This document shows, piece by piece, positions 37,565-39,620 of a stretch of DNA of 39,620 nucleotides. Location of the stretch: positions 1 through 39,620 of the IMG/VR virus record IMGVR_UViG_3300045988_070014. One strand, written 5' to 3'. A program made the translations under genes and the position numbers. How positions within the stretch are numbered: position 1 is the first letter of the stretch; the number at the start of each line of letters is the position of its first letter. The notes below the pieces were generated by a model. That model worked only from the letters and a program-made list of their open reading frames with translations. It was not told the DNA's origin and did not search any database. The stretch comes from a virus.

Positions 37565-39620
37565 TACCTAACTCACCACATACTATATCAAATATAACGT
37601 CATATCCAGTATCATTAGGATGCAATCCATCTGCTAATAAATTATCAATAGGTGTTTTGGTAAATCTACAATATTCCAAAAATCTTTGATATACATTAAC
37701 ATACTCAATGTCGTTTTTATAGCACACTTTAGCTATAGAGTGATTAACATCTTCCATATGAAAATTAGTTTCTGTTTTATTTTCTTCTTGAGCTACACTG
37801 GTTGGTATACTAGCCATTAGTATTAAGTCAATATCTTTAGCTTTGCATTTATCAATTATTGTTTGTAAATTAGGTTCAAAGCTAGATTTACCGTAATTAT
37901 TAATTCTATTATTTGTACCGTACATGCAGATAACAATGTCATCTGAATCTGATATTAAAGTATCGAAATTGTTAACTAATTCAACTGTAGAAGTTCCCAT
38001 GACAGCGTTATTTGTTACAGTGCAATTAAACTTTTCTTGCAAATAATCTCTAAAGCTATTTGCCCAACAATGTCCATTAGGATTTCTTCTATATTCATCA
38101 TTAAAGAATGTTCCTATTACTTCACCATCTTGTTTAAATCCAGTTCCACCTTGTCCATGTGTTATACTATCTCCAACCAATTTTATATTTGTATGTTTAG
38201 ATTTATCAAAAATCCTTGCTATAGTTTCTTTTGGTGTCTTATTCCTTTCAGGTACTATAGGCAATTTTATTACAGGTAATAAATCCTCCCTAATTTTATA
38301 ACCATGCTCCACAAATCCAGTAAACGCATCACCTTTTTCTAACTGGTCTGTATCCAACTGTGTGTTATGTCCACAAAAACGCACAAATTTTGTATTTTTT
38401 TTTGTAATAAATGTTGAAGATTCAGCGTTTATATCATCACTATATCCACCTCCTCCATTATAACCAACACCATTTTTATTTTCAAACTCCGAAAATTGAT
38501 TTTTATATCTAATTGTGTATTGAGTATTAGGAGATACTTCTATATAATCACTTACCCAAAATGATTCATTTTCGATTAACCTTCCTGTACCCGGATCTAT
38601 ATAATAACCTTTAGTAACTTTACTTTTATCAAATAAATTTTTGCTTTTAAGAATAAAACTACAAGAATTTTCATCAACAATATCTGTATTAAAATTTTCT
38701 TTTTTTAACGATTTTTCTCGTAGTTCATATGAGAGTTTAGCAAAATCAGCTTCGAAAAATGTCTTGAATTCTTCGTAAGAAAGTTGGTTTGTTCCCTCAT
38801 ATATCATTGTTTCCGAAAGCTTTTCTATCGCTCCGCATCCTAATATATATTTTATATTTTCATCATCAATAATAAAACCGCCCGAACCTACAATTAATTG
38901 TTTAATATACTCTTTTCTACTGTTTAAAGCAATTATTTTATCACACCAATTATTCCTATATTTTTCTTCATTTTCAACTTTAATATAATTAGTCAAAAAT
39001 CCCAATTTATTAGTAGTTATTTCACCATTTACCCCTATATATTTACCCTTTATAGCTAATCTTTTATCAAATAAATTAGTACCTTTTTTTAATCTATTCG
39101 AAGATATTACCCCAATTTGATAATTTAAAGAATCGGAAGCTGTCTCAAACTCTTCACCTTCTATCCCTATTTTTAACTCTTTAATTTCATTTCCATTAAC
39201 AAGAGCTTTCTCAGAAACTTCATTTATTGCACCAACTATTTTTTTATTTTCAGTTTGCAATTCTTCATCATTTTTAGGTTGATACTCTTTCAAAGCTAAT
39301 TTTCTTTGTTCTTCATTTTCTATTCTAACCCTTTCGTTTTCTTGTCTAATCGCTTCATCTTTTTTTATTGTAATAACCGTTTGGTCGAAAGTTTCTAGTT
39401 CTTGATTAGCCTTTTTAACATATTCCTCAATCTGTTTTAAAGCATTAACCTCATTTGTATTAGCGATAGCTTCACCACTAACCAAACCTTTCCCTATCTT
39501 AAAAGTAGCATAAGAACTTGTTATTCTTCCAATAGAATCAGAAACATCTAATTGAAATAATGCGTAGCCCTCTTTATTGAAAGCACTATTTTTAAGTTTA
39601 ACAGTAACTTCACCTTTTCT
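37533..39620 (-). CDS. BppU-N / coiled-coil / duplicated beta-domain / SGNH-esterase protein (the ORF is open to the window edge; the true start is at 335 via the circular junction)
   Basis: SGNH blocks are IKLVGDSITHGQGG (GDS), CMYGTNN and DGLHPND (DxxH). Two NLFDK...GYYI...YI.V repeats are present. The frame is open through 39620. Confidence 0.85.
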   Translation of the reverse strand, partial: RKGEVTVKLKNSAFNKEGYALFQLDVSDSIGRITSSYATFKIGKGLVSGEAIANTNEVNALKQIEEYVKKANQELETFDQTVITIKKDEAIRQENERVRIENEEQRKLALKEYQPKNDEELQTENKKIVGAINEVSEKALVNGNEIKELKIGIEGEEFETASDSLNYQIGVISSNRLKKGTNLFDKRLAIKGKYIGVNGEITTNKLGFLTNYIKVENEEKYRNNWCDKIIALNSRKEYIKQLIVGSGGFIIDDENIKYILGCGAIEKLSETMIYEGTNQLSYEEFKTFFEADFAKLSYELREKSLKKENFNTDIVDENSCSFILKSKNLFDKSKVTKGYYIDPGTGRLIENESFWVSDYIEVSPNTQYTIRYKNQFSEFENKNGVGYNGGGGYSDDINAESSTFITKKNTKFVRFCGHNTQLDTDQLEKGDAFTGFVEHGYKIREDLLPVIKLPIVPERNKTPKETIARIFDKSKHTNIKLVGDSITHGQGGTGFKQDGEVIGTFFNDEYRRNPNGHCWANSFRDYLQEKFNCTVTNNAVMGTSTVELVNNFDTLISDSDDIVICMYGTNNRINNYGKSSFEPNLQTIIDKCKAKDIDLILMASIPTSVAQEENKTETNFHMEDVNHSIAKVCYKNDIEYVNVYQRFLEYCRFTKTPIDNLLADGLHPNDTGYDVIFDIVCGELGIAIKRDGATW
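39502..39620. repeat. Exact copy of 1-119
   Basis: See the 1-119 feature. Confidence 0.97.

Noticed and set aside
1-39620. Search for tRNA, rRNA or tmRNA genes and for a DGR (reverse transcriptase plus template/variable repeats) associated with the receptor-binding genes.
   Set aside because: No cloverleaf-compatible segment or rRNA-like sequence was noticed in the few non-coding regions. No reverse-transcriptase-like ORF exists. The duplicated NLFDK...YI.V domains within the SGNH protein are intragenic protein repeats, not TR/VR pairs.

Overview
The window is one complete, AT-rich tailed-phage genome of about 39.5 kb. Bases 1-119 recur exactly at 39502-39620, so the unit length is 39,501 bp and one CDS runs through the junction. 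The morphogenesis genes indicate a siphovirus-type, non-contractile tail. The host looks like a Clostridium-like Firmicute (inference from AT-richness, a cell-wall-binding repeat and PBSX-like lysis genes).

Nearly every gene is on the minus strand. In transcription order (descending coordinates):
- Early/replication-recombination block, 17.4->9.7 kb: Gp157-like, ERF annealase, ERCC4 nuclease, ThyX-like, SSB, CHC2 primase, MazG.
- Packaging/head block, 9.65->5.07 kb: terS, terL, DUF3310, portal, MuF-like, gp10-like.
- An inserted block, 5.07->2.1 kb: small accessory genes (including the only plus-strand genes), an RHH protein, a VapE-type helicase and an iteron array.
- Scaffold and major capsid, 1.9->0.47 kb.
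- Across the junction: a BppU-N/SGNH-esterase protein, connectors, major tail, G/GT chaperones and tape measure.
- Then a promoter-ORF-terminator moron, Dit, Tal, receptor-binding protein, amidase-holin-XhlA lysis genes, and a sigma-like regulator with small accessory genes.
- A Bro-N protein, then an odd cargo operon at 21.3->18.2 kb.

Most notable observations:
1. The tape measure gene is split at its most conserved motif by a 1,088-nt group I intron carrying a Vsr/PD-(D/E)xK-like homing endonuclease.
2. Two homologous iteron arrays of about 330-370 bp (10 forward TGTAGTAA copies each, plus inverted copies and an AT-rich core) lie 15.4 kb apart, at the two main operon boundaries.
3. A roughly 275-nt GC-enriched structured non-coding RNA sits next to the second array.
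4. At least 9 near-identical TTGACA/TATAAT promoters share a conserved spacer.
5. The Tal tail-tip protein ends in a ComEC/Pce-like metallo-beta-lactamase domain plus a cell-wall-binding repeat.

No integrase, CI-type repressor, tRNA, rRNA or CRISPR array was seen.
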